The notes below the pieces were generated by a model that saw only the letters and a program-made list of their open reading frames with translations, made no database searches and was not told the origin of the DNA. A stretch of DNA of 64,000 nucleotides from Bugula neritina (taxonomy: Eukaryota; Animalia; Bryozoa). A program made the position numbers and the translations under genes. Where the stretch lies: assembly GCA_964035545.1 (NCBI GenBank), contig OZ037766.1, forward strand, positions 18,191,081-18,255,080, read 5' to 3'. Positions 1 to 16,100 of this stretch are shown here, in pieces. The first letter of the stretch is position 1, and every line of letters starts with the position of its first letter.

Positions 1-2660
1 ATAGTGTAATTTACGGAAATGTACTGTAACATACTGAAATTTATTGTAACATACTGAAATATACCGCAACATACTGAAATACACTGTAACATACTGAAAT
101 GCATTGCAAAATACTGCAACATACTGAAATACACTGTAACATACTGAAATACACTGCAACATACTGAAATACACTGTAACATACAGAAATACACTGCAAC
201 ATACTGCAACATACTGCAACATACTGGAAGATACTGGAATATACTGTAACCCACTGAAATATACTGCAACATACTGAAATATACTGCAAGATACTGAAAA
301 CTACTGAAATACACTGCAACATATTGCAACATACTGAAATACACTGTAACATATTGAAATACATTGCAACACATTGAAATAAGTTGCAAGATACCGAAAA
401 ATACTGCAACATACTGAAAGACACTAAAACTCACTGAAGTATAGTGAAAAATCTGAAAATGCACTGTAACATACTGAGATATACTGCAAGATACTGAAAT
501 ATACTACAACTCCCTGAAGTATAGTGTAATTTACGAAAATGTACTGTAACATACTGAAATTTATTGTAACATACTGAATTATACTGCAACATACTGAAAT
601 ACACTGTAACATACTGAAACATATTGCAAAATACTGCAACATACTGAAATACACTGTAACATACTGAAAGACGCTGTATCATACTGAAATATACTATAAC
701 CCACTGAAATATCTTGCAACACACTGGAATATACTTCAACATACTGAAATACACTGTAACATACAGAAATACACGGCAACATACTGCAGCATACTGCAAC
801 ATACTGCAACATACTGAAATGCACTGTAACATATTGAAATACGCTGCAACACATTGAAATATGCTGCAACATACCGAAATATATACTAACCTACTGAAAT
901 ATGTTGCAAACTACTGAAACATACTGCAACATACTGCAACATAATGAAATATACTGCAACATGCTGAAATATACTGCAAGACACTGAAACCTACTGAAAT
1001 ACACTGTAATATACTGAAATACGCTGCAACATACTGCAACATACTGAAAGACACTAGAACTCACTGAAGTATAGTGTAATATCTGGAAATGCACTGTGAC
1101 ATACTGAAATATACTGTAACATACTGAAATATACTGGAACATACTGAGATATAATGCAAGATACTGAAATATACTACAACTCACTGAAGTTTAGTGTAAT
1201 TTACGGAAATGTACTGTAACATACTGAAATACGCTGTATCATACTGAAATATACTATAACCCACGGAAATATACTGCAACATACTGAAACATACTGTAAC
1301 ATACTGAAATATACTGCAACATACTGAAATACACTGTAACATACAGAAATACACTGCAACATACTGCAACATACTGAAATACACTGTAACATATTGAAAT
1401 ACACTGCAACACATTGAAATATGCTGCAACATACGGAAATATATGGTAACCTACTGAAATATGTTGCAAACTACTGAAATACACTGTAACATACTGAAAT
1501 ACACTGCAACATACTGAAATATACTGTAACATACTGGAACATGCTGGAATATACTGTAACCCACTGAAATATGCTGCAAGATACTGAAACCTACTGAAAT
1601 ACACTGTAACATACTGAAGTACACTGCAACATGCTGCAACATACTGAAATACACTGTAACATATTGAAATACAATGCAACACATTGAAATAAGTTGCAAG
1701 ATACCGAAATATACTGCAACATCCTGAAAGACACTAAAACTCACTGAAGTATAGTGAAAACTCTGAAAATGCACTGTGGCATACTGAAATATACTGAAAC
1801 ACGCTGAAGTATACTGGAACATACTGAAATAAACTGTAACATACTGAGATATACTGCAAGATACTGAAATATACTACAACATACTGCAACATACTGAAAT
1901 ACACTGTAACATATTGAAATACACTGCAACACATTGAAATATGCTGCAACATACCGAAATATATACTAACCTACTGAAATATGTTGCAAACTACTGAAAC
2001 ATACTGCAACATACTGCAACATAATGAAATATACTGCAACATGCTGAAATACACTGTAACATACTGAAATACACTGTAACATATTGAATTACATTGCAAC
2101 ACATTGAAATAAGTTGCAAGATACCGAAATATACTGCAACATACTGAAAGACACTAAAACTCACTGAAGTATAGTGAAAAATCTGAAAATGCACTGTGGC
2201 ATCCTGAAATATACTGAAACACGCTGAAATATACTGGAACATACTGAAATCAACTGTAACATACTGAGATATACTGTAAGATACTGAAATATACTACAAC
2301 TCACTGAAGTATAGTGTAATTTGCAGAAATATACTGTAACGTACTGAAATATGTTGCAAAATACTGCAACATACTGAAATACACTGTAACACACTGAAAT
2401 ACGCTGTATCATACTGAAATATACTATAACCCACTGAAATATACTGCAACATACTGAAATATACTGTAACATACTGAAATATACTGCAACATACTGAAAT
2501 ACACTGTAACATACAGAAATACACTGCAACATACTGCAGCATACTGCAACATGCTGCAACATACTGAAATACACTGTAACATATTGAAATACACTGCAAC
2601 ACATTGAAATTTGCTGTAACATACTGAGATATACTGCAAGACACTGAAATATACTACAGC

Positions 2661-5600
2661 TCACTGAAGTATAGTGTAATTTACGGAAATGTACTGTAAC
2701 ATACTGAAATTTATTGTAACATACTGAAATATACTGCAACATACTGAAATACACTGTAACATACTGACATATATTGCAAAATACTGCAACATACTGAAAT
2801 ACACTGTAACATACTCAAATACATTGTATCATATTGCAATATGCTATAACTCACTGAAATATACTGCAACTTAGTGAAATATACTGTAACATACTGAAAT
2901 ATACTGCAACATACTGAACTACACTGTAACATACAGAAGTACGCTGTAACATACAGAAATACACTGCAACATACTGCAACATACTGAAATACACTGTAAC
3001 ATACTGAAACACACTGCAACATACTGAAATATACTGCAACATACTGGAATATACTGTAACCCACTGAAATATACTGCAACATACTGAAATATACTGCAAG
3101 ATACTGAAACCTACTGTAATACACTGTAACATACTGAAATACACTGCAACATGCTGCAACATACTGAAATACACTGTAACATATTGAAATACATTGCAAC
3201 ACATTGAAATAAGTTGCAAGATACCGAAATATACTGCAACATACTGAAAGACACTAAAACTCACTGAAGTATAGTGAAAAATCTAAAAATGCACTGTGGC
3301 ATACTGAAATATACTGAAACACGCTGAAATATACTGGAACATACTGAAATAAACTGTAACATACTGAGATATACTGCAAGATACTGAAATATGCTACAAC
3401 TCACTGAAGTATAGTGTAATTTACGGAAATGTACTGTAACATACTGAAATTTATTGTAACATACTGAATTACACTGCAACATACTGAAAAACACTGTAAC
3501 ATACTGAAAGACACTAAAACTCACTGAAGTATAGTGTAATATCTGCAAATGCACTGTAATATATTGAAATTTACTGTAACACAGTGAAATATACTGTAAC
3601 ATACTGAAATATACTGTAACATACTGAGATATACTGCAAGATACTGAAATATACTACAACTCACTGAAGTATAGTGTAATTTACGAAAATGTACTGTAAC
3701 ATACTGGAATTTATTGTAACATACTGAATTATACTGCAACATACTGGAATACACTGTAACATACTGAAACATATTGCAAAATACTGCAACATACTGAAAT
3801 ACACTGTAACATACTGAAAGACGCCGTATCATACTGAAATATACTATAACCCACTGAAATATACTGCAACATACTGAAAAATACTGTAACATACTGAAAT
3901 ATACTGCAACATACTGAAATACACTGTAACATACAGAAATACACTGCAACATACTGCAGCATACTGCAACATACTGCAACATGCTGAAATACACTGTAAC
4001 ATATTGAAATACACTGCAACACATTGAAATATGCTGCAACATACCGAAATATATGGTAACCTACTGAAATATGTTGCAAACTACTGAAATATACTGCAAC
4101 ATACTGCAACATAATGATATATACTGTAACACACTGAACTATACTGCAAAATACTGCAAAATACTGTAACATACTGAAACATACTGCAACATCCTGAAAT
4201 ATACTGCAACATGCTGAATTATACTGCAAGACACTGAAACCTACTGAAATACATTGTAACATACTGAAAGACACTAAAACTCACTGAAGTATAGTGTAAT
4301 ATCTGGAAATGCACTGTGACATACTGAAATATAATGAAACACGCTGAAATATACTGCAACATACTGAAATATACTGTAACATACTGAAATATATTGCAAA
4401 ATACTGCAACATACTTAAATACACTGTAACATACTGAAAGACACTAAAACTCACTGAAGTATAGTGTAATATTTGGAAATGCACTGTGACATACTGAAAT
4501 ATACTGAAACACGCTGAAATATACTTCAACATACTGAAATATACCTAAAAATATTGAAACATTCTGAAATACACTGTAACATGCTGAAATACACTGTATC
4601 ATACTGAAGTATACTGTAACGCACTGAAATATACTGCAACATACTGAATTATACTGAAACATACTGCAATATCCTGAAATATACTGCAAAATGCTGAAAT
4701 ATACTGCAAGACACTGAAACCTACTGAAATACACTGTAACATACTGAAATACACTGCAACATACTGAAATACACTGTAACATACAGACATACACTGCAAC
4801 ATACTGCAGCATACTGCAACATGCTGCAACATACTGAAATACACTGTAACATATTGAAATACACTGCAACACATTGAAATATGCTGTAACATACTGAGAT
4901 ATACTGCAAGACACTGAAATATACTACAGCTCACTGAAGTATAGTGTAATTTACGGAAATGTACTGTAACATACTGAAATTTATTGTAACATACTGAAAT
5001 ATACTGCAACATACTGAAATACACTGTAACATACTGAAATATATTGCAAAATACTGCAACATACTGAAATACACTGTAACATACTCAAATACATTGTATC
5101 ATACTGGAATATGCTATAACCCACTGAAATATACTGCAACTTACTGAAATATACTGTAACATACAGGAATATACTGTAACATACTGAGATATACTGCAAG
5201 ATACTGAAATATACTACAACTCACTGAAGTATAGTGTAATTTACGGAAATGTTTTGGAACATACTGAAATTTATTGTAACATACTGAATTATACTGCAAC
5301 ATACTGAAATACACTGTAACATACTGAAAAACACTAAAACTCACTGAAGTATAGTGTAATATCTGCAAATGCACTGTAACATATTGAAATTTACTGTAAC
5401 ACAGTGAAATATACTGTAACATACTGAAATATACTGTAACATACTGATATATACTGCAAGATACTGAAATATACTACAACTCTCTGAAGTATAGTGTAAT
5501 TTACGAAAATGTACTGTAACATACTGAAATTTATTGTAACATACTGAGTTATACTGCAACATACTGAAATACACTGTAACATACTGAAACATATTGCAAA

Positions 5601-8600
5601 GTACTGCAACATACTGAAATACACTGTAACATACTGAAAGACGCTGTATCATAATGAAATATACTATAACCCACTGAAATATACTGCAACATACTGAAAT
5701 ATACTGTAACAAACTGAAATATAGTGCAACATACTGAAATACACTGTAACATACAGAAATACACTGCAACATACTGCAGCAGACTGCAACATACTGCAAC
5801 ATACTGAAATACACTGTAACATATTGAAATACACTGCAACACATTGAAATATGCTTCAACATACCGAAATATATGGTAACCTACTGAAATATGTTGCAAA
5901 CTACTGAAATATACTGCAATATACTGCAACTTAATGAAATATACTGTAACATACTGAAATACACTGCAACATACTGCAGCAGACTGCAACATACTGCAAC
6001 ATACTGAAATACACTGTAACATACTGAAATACGCTGTATCATACTGAAATATACTATAACCCACTGAAATATACTGCAACATACTGAAATATACTGTAAC
6101 ATACTGAAATATACTGCAACATACTGAAATACACTGTAACATACAGAAATACACTGCAACATACTGCAGCATACTGCAACATGCTGCAACATACTGAAAT
6201 ACACTGTAACATATTGAAATACACTGCAACACATTGAAATTTGCTGTAACATACTGAGATATACTGCAAGACACTGAAATATACTACATCTCACTGAAGT
6301 ATAGTGTAATTTACGGAAATGTACTGTAACATACTGAAATTTATTGTAACATACTGAAATATACTGCAACATACTGAAATACACTGTAACATACTGAAAT
6401 ATATTGCAAAATACTGCAACATACTGAAATACACTGTAACATACTCAAATACATTGTATCATACTGCAATATGCTATAACCCATTGAAATATACTGCAAA
6501 TTAGTGAAATATACCGTAACATACTGAAATATACTGCAACATACTGAAATACACTGTAACATACAGAAGTACGCTGTAACATACAGAAATACACTGCAAC
6601 ATACTGCAACATACTGAAATACACTGTAACATACTGAAACACACTGCAACATACTGAAATATACTGCAACATACTGGAACATACTGGAATATACTGTAAA
6701 CCACTGAAATATACTGCAACATACTGAAATATACTGCAAGATACTGAAACCTACTGAAATACACTGTAACAGACTGAAATACATTGCAACATGCTGCAAC
6801 ATACTGAAATACACTGTAACATATTGAAATACATTGCAACACATTGAAATAAGTTGCAAGATACCGAAATATACTGCAACATACTGAAAGACACTAAAAC
6901 TCACTGAAGTATAGTGAAAAATCTAAAAATGCACTGTGGCATACTGAAATATACTGAAACACGCTGAAATATACTGGAACATACTGAAATAAACTGTAAC
7001 ATACTGAGATATACTGCAAGATACTGAAATATGCTACAACTCACTGAAGTATAGTGTAATTGACGGAAATGTACTGTAACATACTGAAATTTATTGTAAC
7101 ATACTGAATTATACTGCAACATACTAAAAAACACTGTAACATACTGAAAGACACTAAAACTCACTGAAGTATAGTGTAATATCTGCAAATGCACTGTAAT
7201 ATATTGAAATTTACTGTAACACAGTGAAATATACTGTAACATACTGAAATATACTGTAACATACTGAGATATACTGCAAGATACTGAAATATACTACAAC
7301 TCACTGAAGTATAGTGTAATTTACGAAAATGTACTGTAACATACTGAAATTTATTGTAACATACTGAATTATACTGCAACATACTGGAATACACTGTAAC
7401 ATACTGAAACATATTGCAAAATACTGCAACATACTGAAATACACTGTAACATACTGAAAGACGCCGTATCATACTGAAATATACTATAACCCACTGAAAT
7501 ATACTGCAACATACTGAAAAATACTGTAACATACTGAAATATACTGCAACATACTGAAATACACTGTAACATACAGAAATACACTGCAACATACTGCAGC
7601 ATACTGCAACATACTGCAACATGCTGAAATACACTGTAACATATTGAAATACACTGCAACACATTGAAATATGCTGCAACATACCGAAATATATGGTAAC
7701 CTACTGAAATATGTTGCAAACTACTGAAATATACTGCAACATACTGCAACATAATGATATATACTGTAACACACTGAACTATACTGCAAAATACTGCAAA
7801 ATACTGTAACATACTGAAACATACTGCAACATCCTGAAATATACTGCAACATGCTGAATTATACTGCAAGACACTGAAACCTACTGAAATACATTGTAAC
7901 ATACTGAAAGACACTAAAACTCACTGAAGTATAGTGTAATATCTGGAAATGCACTGTGACATACTGAAATATAATGAAACACGCTGAAATATACTGCAAC
8001 ATACTGAAATATACTGTAACATACTGAAATATATTGCAAAATACTGCAACATACTTAAATACACTGTAACATACTGAAAGACACTAAAACTCACTGAAGT
8101 ATAGTGTAATATTTGGAAATGCACTGTGACATACTGAAATATACTGAAACACGCTGAAATATACTTCAACACACTGAAATATACCTAAAAATATTGAAAC
8201 ATTCTGAAATACACTGTAACATGCTGAAATACACTGTATCATACTGAAGTATACTGTAACGCACTGAAATATACTGCAACATACTGAATTATACTGAAAC
8301 ATACTGCAATATCCTGAAATATACTGCAAAATGCTGAAATATACTGCAAGACACTGAAACCTACTGAAATACACTGTAACATACTGAAATACACTGCAAC
8401 ATACTGAAATACACTGTAACATACAGACATACACTGCAACATACTGCAGCATACTGCAACATGCTGCAACATACTGAAATACACTGTAACATATTGAAAT
8501 ACACTGCAACACATTGAAATATGCTGTAACATACTGAGATATACTGCAAGACACTGAAATATACTACAGCTCACTGAAGTATAGTGTAATTTACGGAAAT

Positions 8601-8800
8601 GTACTGTAACATACTGAAATTTATTGTAACATACTGAAATATACTGCAACATACTGAAATACACTGTAACATACTGAAATATATTGCAAAATACTGCAAC
8701 ATACTGAAATACACTGTAACATACTCAAATACATTGTATCATACTGGAATATGCTATAACCCACTGAAATATACTGCAACTTACTGAAATATACTGTAAC
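2661..8800. repeat. Higher-order duplication, offset 3630-3640 bp (~2661-5160 repeated at ~6291-8800)
   Basis: Shared rare decamers: ATTTGGAAAT at 4471/8111 and ATTGAAAC-ATTCTGAAAT at 4561/8201. Identical ORF-track translations at 3521/7161, 4281/7921 and 4599/8239. Boundaries are approximate. Confidence 0.85.
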
Positions 8801-8959
8801 ATACTGAAATATACTGCAACATACTGAAATACACTGTAACATACAGAAGTACGCTGTAACATACAGAAATACACTGCAACATACTGCAACATACTGAAAT
8901 ACACTGTAACATACTGAAACACACTGCAACATACTGAAATATACTGCAACATACTGGAA

Positions 8960-11900
8960 CATACTGGAATATACTGTAACCCACTGAAATATACTGCAAC
9001 ATACTGAAATATACTGCAAGATACTGAAACCTACTGAAATACACTGTAACATACTGAAATACACTGCAACATGCTGCAACATACTGAAATACACTGTAAC
9101 ATATTGAAATACATTGCAACACATTGAAATAAGTTGCAAGATACCGAAATATGCTGCAACATACTGAAAGACACTAAAACTCACTGAAGTATAGTGAAAA
9201 ATTTAAAAATGCACTGTGGCATACTGAAATATACTGAAACACGCTGAAATATACTGGAACATACTGAAATAAACTGTGACATACTGAGATATACTGCAAG
9301 ATACTGAAATATACTACAACTCACTGAAGTATAGCGTAATTTGCAGAAATGTACTGTAACACACTGAAATTTATTGTATCATACTGAAATATACTGCAAC
9401 GTACTGAAATACACTGTAACATACTAAAATATATTGCAAAATACTGCAACATACTTAAATATACTGCCACATACTGAAAGACACTAAAACTCACTGAAGT
9501 ATAGTGTAATATCTGCAAATGCACTGTAACATACTGAAATTTACTGTAACACACTGAAATATACTGTAACATACTGAAATATACTGTAACATACTGAGAT
9601 ATACTGCGAGATTCTGAAATATGCTACAACTCACTGAAGTATAGTGTAATTTACGGAAATGTACTGTAACATACTGAAATTTATTGTAACATACTGAATT
9701 ATACTGCAACATACTGAAATACACAGTAACATACTGAGATATACTGCAAGATACTGAAATATACTACAACTCACTGAAGTATAGTGTAATATCTGCAAAT
9801 GCACTGTAACATACTGAAATTTACTGTAACACACTGAAATATACTGTAACATACAGAAATATACTGTAACATACTGAGATATACTGCAAGATACTGAAAT
9901 ATACTACAACTCACTGAAGTATAGTGTAATTTACGGAAATGTACTGTAACATACTGAAATTTATTGTAACATACTGAATTATACTGCAACATACTGAAAT
10001 ACACTGCAACATACTGAAATACACTGTAACATACTGAAAGACACTAAAACTCACTGAAGTATAGTGTAATATCTGCAAATGCACTGTAACATATTGAAAT
10101 TTACTGTAACACAGTGAAATATACTGTAACATACTGAGATATACTGCAAGATACTGAAATATACTACAACTCACTGAAGTATAGTGTAATTTACGAAAAT
10201 GTACTGTAACATACTGAAATTTATTGTAACATACTGAGTTATACTGCAACATACTGAAATACACTGTAACATACTGAAACATATTGCAAAGTACTGCAAC
10301 ATACTGAAATACACTGTAACATACTGAAAGACGCTGTATCATAATGAAATATACTATAACCCACTGAAATATACTGCAACATACTGAAATATACTGTAAC
10401 AAACTGAAATATACTGCAACATACTGAAATACACTGTAACATACAGAAATACACTGCAACATACTGCAGCAAACCTCAACATACTGCAACATACTGAAAT
10501 ACACTGTAACATTATGAAATACACTGCAACACATTGAAATATGCTTCAACATACCGAAATATATGGTAACCTACTGAAATATGTTGCAAACTACTGAAAT
10601 ATACTGCAACATACTGCAACTTAATGAAATATACTGTAACACACTGAAATATACTGCACAATACTGCAAAATACTGTAACATACTGCAACATCCTGAAAT
10701 ATACTGCAACACGCTAAAATATACTGCAAGACACTGAAACCTACTGAAATACACTGTAACATACTGAAATACACTGCAACATACTGCAACATACTGAAAT
10801 ACATTGTGACATATTGAAATGCATTGCAACACATTGAAATATGTTGCAAGATACTGAAATATAATGCAACATACTGAACGACACTAAAACTCACTGAAGT
10901 ATAGTGTAATACCTGAAAATGCACTGTGATATACTGAAATACACTGTAACACATTGAAATATACTGCAAAATACTGAAACATACAGAAATATATTGCAAA
11001 ATACTGCAACATACTGAAATACGGTTTAACATACTGAAATACACTGTAACATACTGATATGCACTGCAACATACTGAAATACACGGCAAAATACTGGAAC
11101 ATACTGGAATATACTGTAACCCACTGAAATATACTGCAACATACTGAAATATACTGCAAGATACTGAAACCTACTGAAATACACTGTAACATACTGAAAT
11201 ACACTGCAACATGCTGCAACATACTGAAATACACTGTAACATATTGAAATACATTGCAACACATTGAAATAAGTTGCAAGATACCGAAATATGCTGCAAC
11301 ATACTGAAAGACACTAAAACTCACTGAAGTATACTGAAAAATTTAAAAATGCACTGTGGCATACTGAAATATACTGAAACACGCTGAAATATACTGGAAC
11401 ATACTGAAATAAACTGTGACATACTGAGATATACTGCAAGATACTGAAATATACTACAACTCACTGAAGTATAGCGTAATTTGCAGAAATGTACTGTAAC
11501 ACACTGAAATTTATTGTATCATACTGAAATATACTGCAACGTACTGAAATACACTGTAACATACTAAAATATATTGCAAAATACTGCAACATACTTAAAT
11601 ATACTGCAACATACTGAAAGACACTAAAACTCACTGAAGTATAGTGTAATATCTGCAAATGCACTGTAACATACTGAAATTTACTGTAACATACTGAGAT
11701 ATACTGCGAGATTCTGAAATATGCTACAACTCACTGAAGTATAGTGTAATTTACGGAAATGTACTGTAACATACTGAAATTTATTGTAACATACTGAATT
11801 ATACTGCAACATACTGAAATACACAGTAACATACTGAGATATACTGCAAGATACTGAAATATACTACAACTCACTGAAGTATAGTGTAATATCTGCAAAT

Positions 11901-13200
11901 GCACTGTAACATACTGAAATTTACTGTAACACACTGAAATATACTGTAACATACAGAAATATACTGTAACATACTGAGATATACTGCAAGATACTGAAAT
12001 ATACTACAACTCACTGAAGTATAGTGTAATTTACGGAAATGTACTGTAACATACTGAAATTTATTGTAACATACTGAATTATACTGCAACATACTGAAAT
12101 ACACTGCAACATACTGAAATACACTGTAACATACTGAAAGACACTAAAACTCACTGAAGTATAGTGTAATATCTGCAAATGCACTGTAACATATTGAAAT
12201 TTACTGTAACACAGTGAAATATACTGTAACATACTGAGATATACTGCAAGATACTGAAATATACTACAACTCACTGAAGTATAGTGTAATTTACGAAAAT
12301 GTACTGTAACATACTGAAATTTATTGTAACATACTGAGTTATACTGCAACATACTGAAATACACTGTAACATACTGAAACATATTGCAAAGTACTGCAAC
12401 ATACTGAAATACACTGTAACATACTGAAAGACGCTGTATCATAATGAAATATACTATAACCCACTGAAATATACTGCAACATACTGAAATATACTGTAAC
12501 AAACTGAAATATACTGCAACATACTGAAATACACTGTAACATACAGAAATACACTGCAACATACTGCAGCAAACCTCAACATACTGCAACATACTGAAAT
12601 ACACTGTAACATTATGAAATACACTGCAACACATTGAAATATGCTTCAACATACCGAAATATATGGTAACCTACTGAAATATGTTGCAAACTACTGAAAT
12701 ATACTGCAACATACTGCAACTTAATGAAATATACTGTAACACACTGAAATATACTGCACAATACTGCAAAATACTGTAACATACTGCAACATCCTGAAAT
12801 ATACTGCAACATGCTAAAATATACTGCAAGACACTGAAACCTACTGAAATACACTGTAACATACTGAAATACACTGCAACATACTGCAACATACTGAAAT
12901 ACATTGTGACATATTGAAATGCATTGCAACACATTGAAATATGTTGCAAGATACTGAAATATAATGCAACATACTGAACGACACTAAAACTCACTGAAGT
13001 ATAGTGTAATACCTGAAAATGCACTGTGATATACTGAAATACACTGTAACACATTGAAATATACTGCAAAATACTGAAACATACTGAAATATATTGCAAA
13101 ATACTGCAACATACTGAAATACGGTTTAACATACTGAAATACACTGTAACATACTGATATGCACTGCAACATACTGAAATACACGGCAAAATACTGGAAC
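8960..13200. repeat. Tandem higher-order duplication, offset 2100-2140 bp
   Basis: Private variants AAACCTCAAC at 10471/12571 and ATTATGAAAT at 10511/12611. Identical ORF translations at 9911/12011 and 10571/12671. Boundaries are approximate. Confidence 0.88.
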
Positions 13201-16100
13201 ATACTGGAATATACTGTAACCCACTGAAATATACTACAACATACTGAAATATACTGCAAGATACTGAAACCTACTGAAATACACTGCAACATGCTGCAAC
13301 ATACTGAAATACACTGTAACATATTGAAATACATTGCAACACATTGAAATAAGTTGCAAGATACCGAAGTATACTGCAACATACTGAAAGACACTAAAAC
13401 TCACTGAAGTATAGTGAAAAATGTAAAAATGCACTGTGGCATACTGAAATATACTGAAACACGCTGAAATATACTGGAACATACTGAAATAAACTGTAAC
13501 ATACTGAGATATACTGCAAGATACTGAAATATACTACAACTCACTGAAGTATAGCGTAATTTGCAGAAATGTACTGTAACACACTGAAATTTATTGTATC
13601 ATACTGAAATATACTGCAACGTACTGAAATACACTGTAACATACTAAAATATACTGCAAAAAACTGCAACATACTTAAATATACTGCAACATACTAAAAG
13701 ACACTAAAACTCACTGAAGTATAGTGTAATATCTGCAAATGCACTGTAACATACTGAAATTTACTGTAACACACTGAAATATACTGTAACATACTGAAAT
13801 ATACTGTAACATACTGAGATATACTGCGAGATACTGAAATATGCTACAACTCACTGAAGTATAGTGTAATTTACGGAAATGTACTGTAACATACTGAAAT
13901 TTATTGTAACATACTGAATTATACTGCAACATACTGAAATACACTGTAACATACTGAAAGACACTAAAACTCACTGAAGTATAGTGTAATATCTGCAAAT
14001 GCACTGTAACATATTGAAATTTTGTGTAACACAGTGAAATATACTGTAACATACTGAAATATACTGTAACATACTAAGATATACTGCAAGATAATGAAAT
14101 ATACTACAACTCACTGAAGTATAGTGTAATTTACGGAAATGTACTGTAACATACTGAAATTTATTGTAACATACTGAATTATACTGCAACATACTGAAAT
14201 ATACTGTAACGTACTGAAATATGTTGCAAAATACTGCAACATACTGAAATACACTGTAACATACTGAAATACGCTGTATCATACTGAAATATACTATAAC
14301 CCACTGAAATATACTGCAACATACTGAAATATACTGTAACATACTGAAATATACTGCAACATACTGAAATACACTGTAACATACAGAAATACACTGCAAC
14401 ATACTGCAGCATACTGCAACATGCTGCAACATACTGAAATACACTGTAACATATTGAAATACACTGCAACACATTGAAATTTGCTGTAACCTACTGAGAT
14501 ATACTACAAGACACTGAAATATACTACAGCTCACTGAAGTATAGTGTAATTTACGGAAATGTACTGTAACATATTGAAATTTATTGTAACATACTGAAAT
14601 ATACTGCAACATACTGAAATACACTGTAACATACTGAAATATATTGCAAAATACTGCAACATACTGAAATACACTGTATCATACTCAAATACATTGTATC
14701 ATATTGCAATATGCTATAACCCACTGAAATATACTGCAACTTAGTGAAATATACTGTAACATACTGAAATATACTGCAACATACTGAAATACACTGTAAC
14801 ATACAGAAGTACGCTGTAACATACAGAAATACACTGCAACATACTGCAACATACTGAAATACACTGTAACATACTGAAACACACTGCAACATACTGAAAT
14901 ATACTGCAACATACTGGAACATACTGGAATATACTGTAACCCACTGAAATATACTGCAACATACTGAAATATACTGCAACATACTGAAACCTACTGAAAT
15001 ACACTGTAACATACTGAAATACACTGCAACATGCTGCAACATACTGAAATACACTGTAACATATTGAAATACATTGCAACACATTGAAATAAGTTGCAAG
15101 ATACCGAAATATACTGCAACATACTGAAAGACACTAAAACTCACTGAAGTATAGTGAAAAATCTAAAAATGCACTGTGGCATACTGAAATATACTGAAAC
15201 ACGCTGAAATATACTGGAACATACTGAAATAAACTGTAACATACTGAGATATACTGCAAGATACTGAAATATGCTACAACTCACTGAAGTATAGTGTAAT
15301 TTACGGAAATGTACTGTAACATACTGAAATTTATTGTAACATACTGAATTATACTGCAACATACTGAAAAACACTGTAACATACTGAAAGACACTAAAAC
15401 TCACTGAAGTATAGTGTAATATCTGCAAATGCACTGTAATATATTGAAATTTACTGTAACACAGTGAAATATACTGTAACATACTGAAATATACTGTAAC
15501 ATACTGAGATATACTGCAAGATACTGAAATATACTACAACTCACTGAAGTATAGTGTAATTTACGAAAATGTACTGTAACATACTGAAATTTATTGTAAC
15601 ATACTGAATTATACTGCAACATACTGGAATACACTAAAACATACTGAAACATATTGCAAAATACTGCAACATACTGAAATACGCTGTAACATACAGAAAT
15701 ACACTGCAACATACTGCAGCATACTGCAACATACTGCAACACGCTGAAATACACTGTAACATACTGAAATATATTGCAAAATACTGCAACTTACTGAAAT
15801 ACACTGTAACATGCTGAAAGACACTAAAACTCACTGAAGTATAGTGTAATATCTGGAAATGCACTGTGACATACTGAAATATACTGAAACACGCTGAAAT
15901 ATACTGCAACATACTGAAATATACTGTAACATACCGAAATTTATTGTAACATACCGAATTATACTGCAACATACTGAAATATACTGTAACATACTGAAAT
16001 ATTATGCAAAATACTGCAACATACTTAAATACACTGTAACATACTGAAAGACACTAAAACTCACTGAAGTATAGTGTAATATCTGGAAATGCACTGTGAC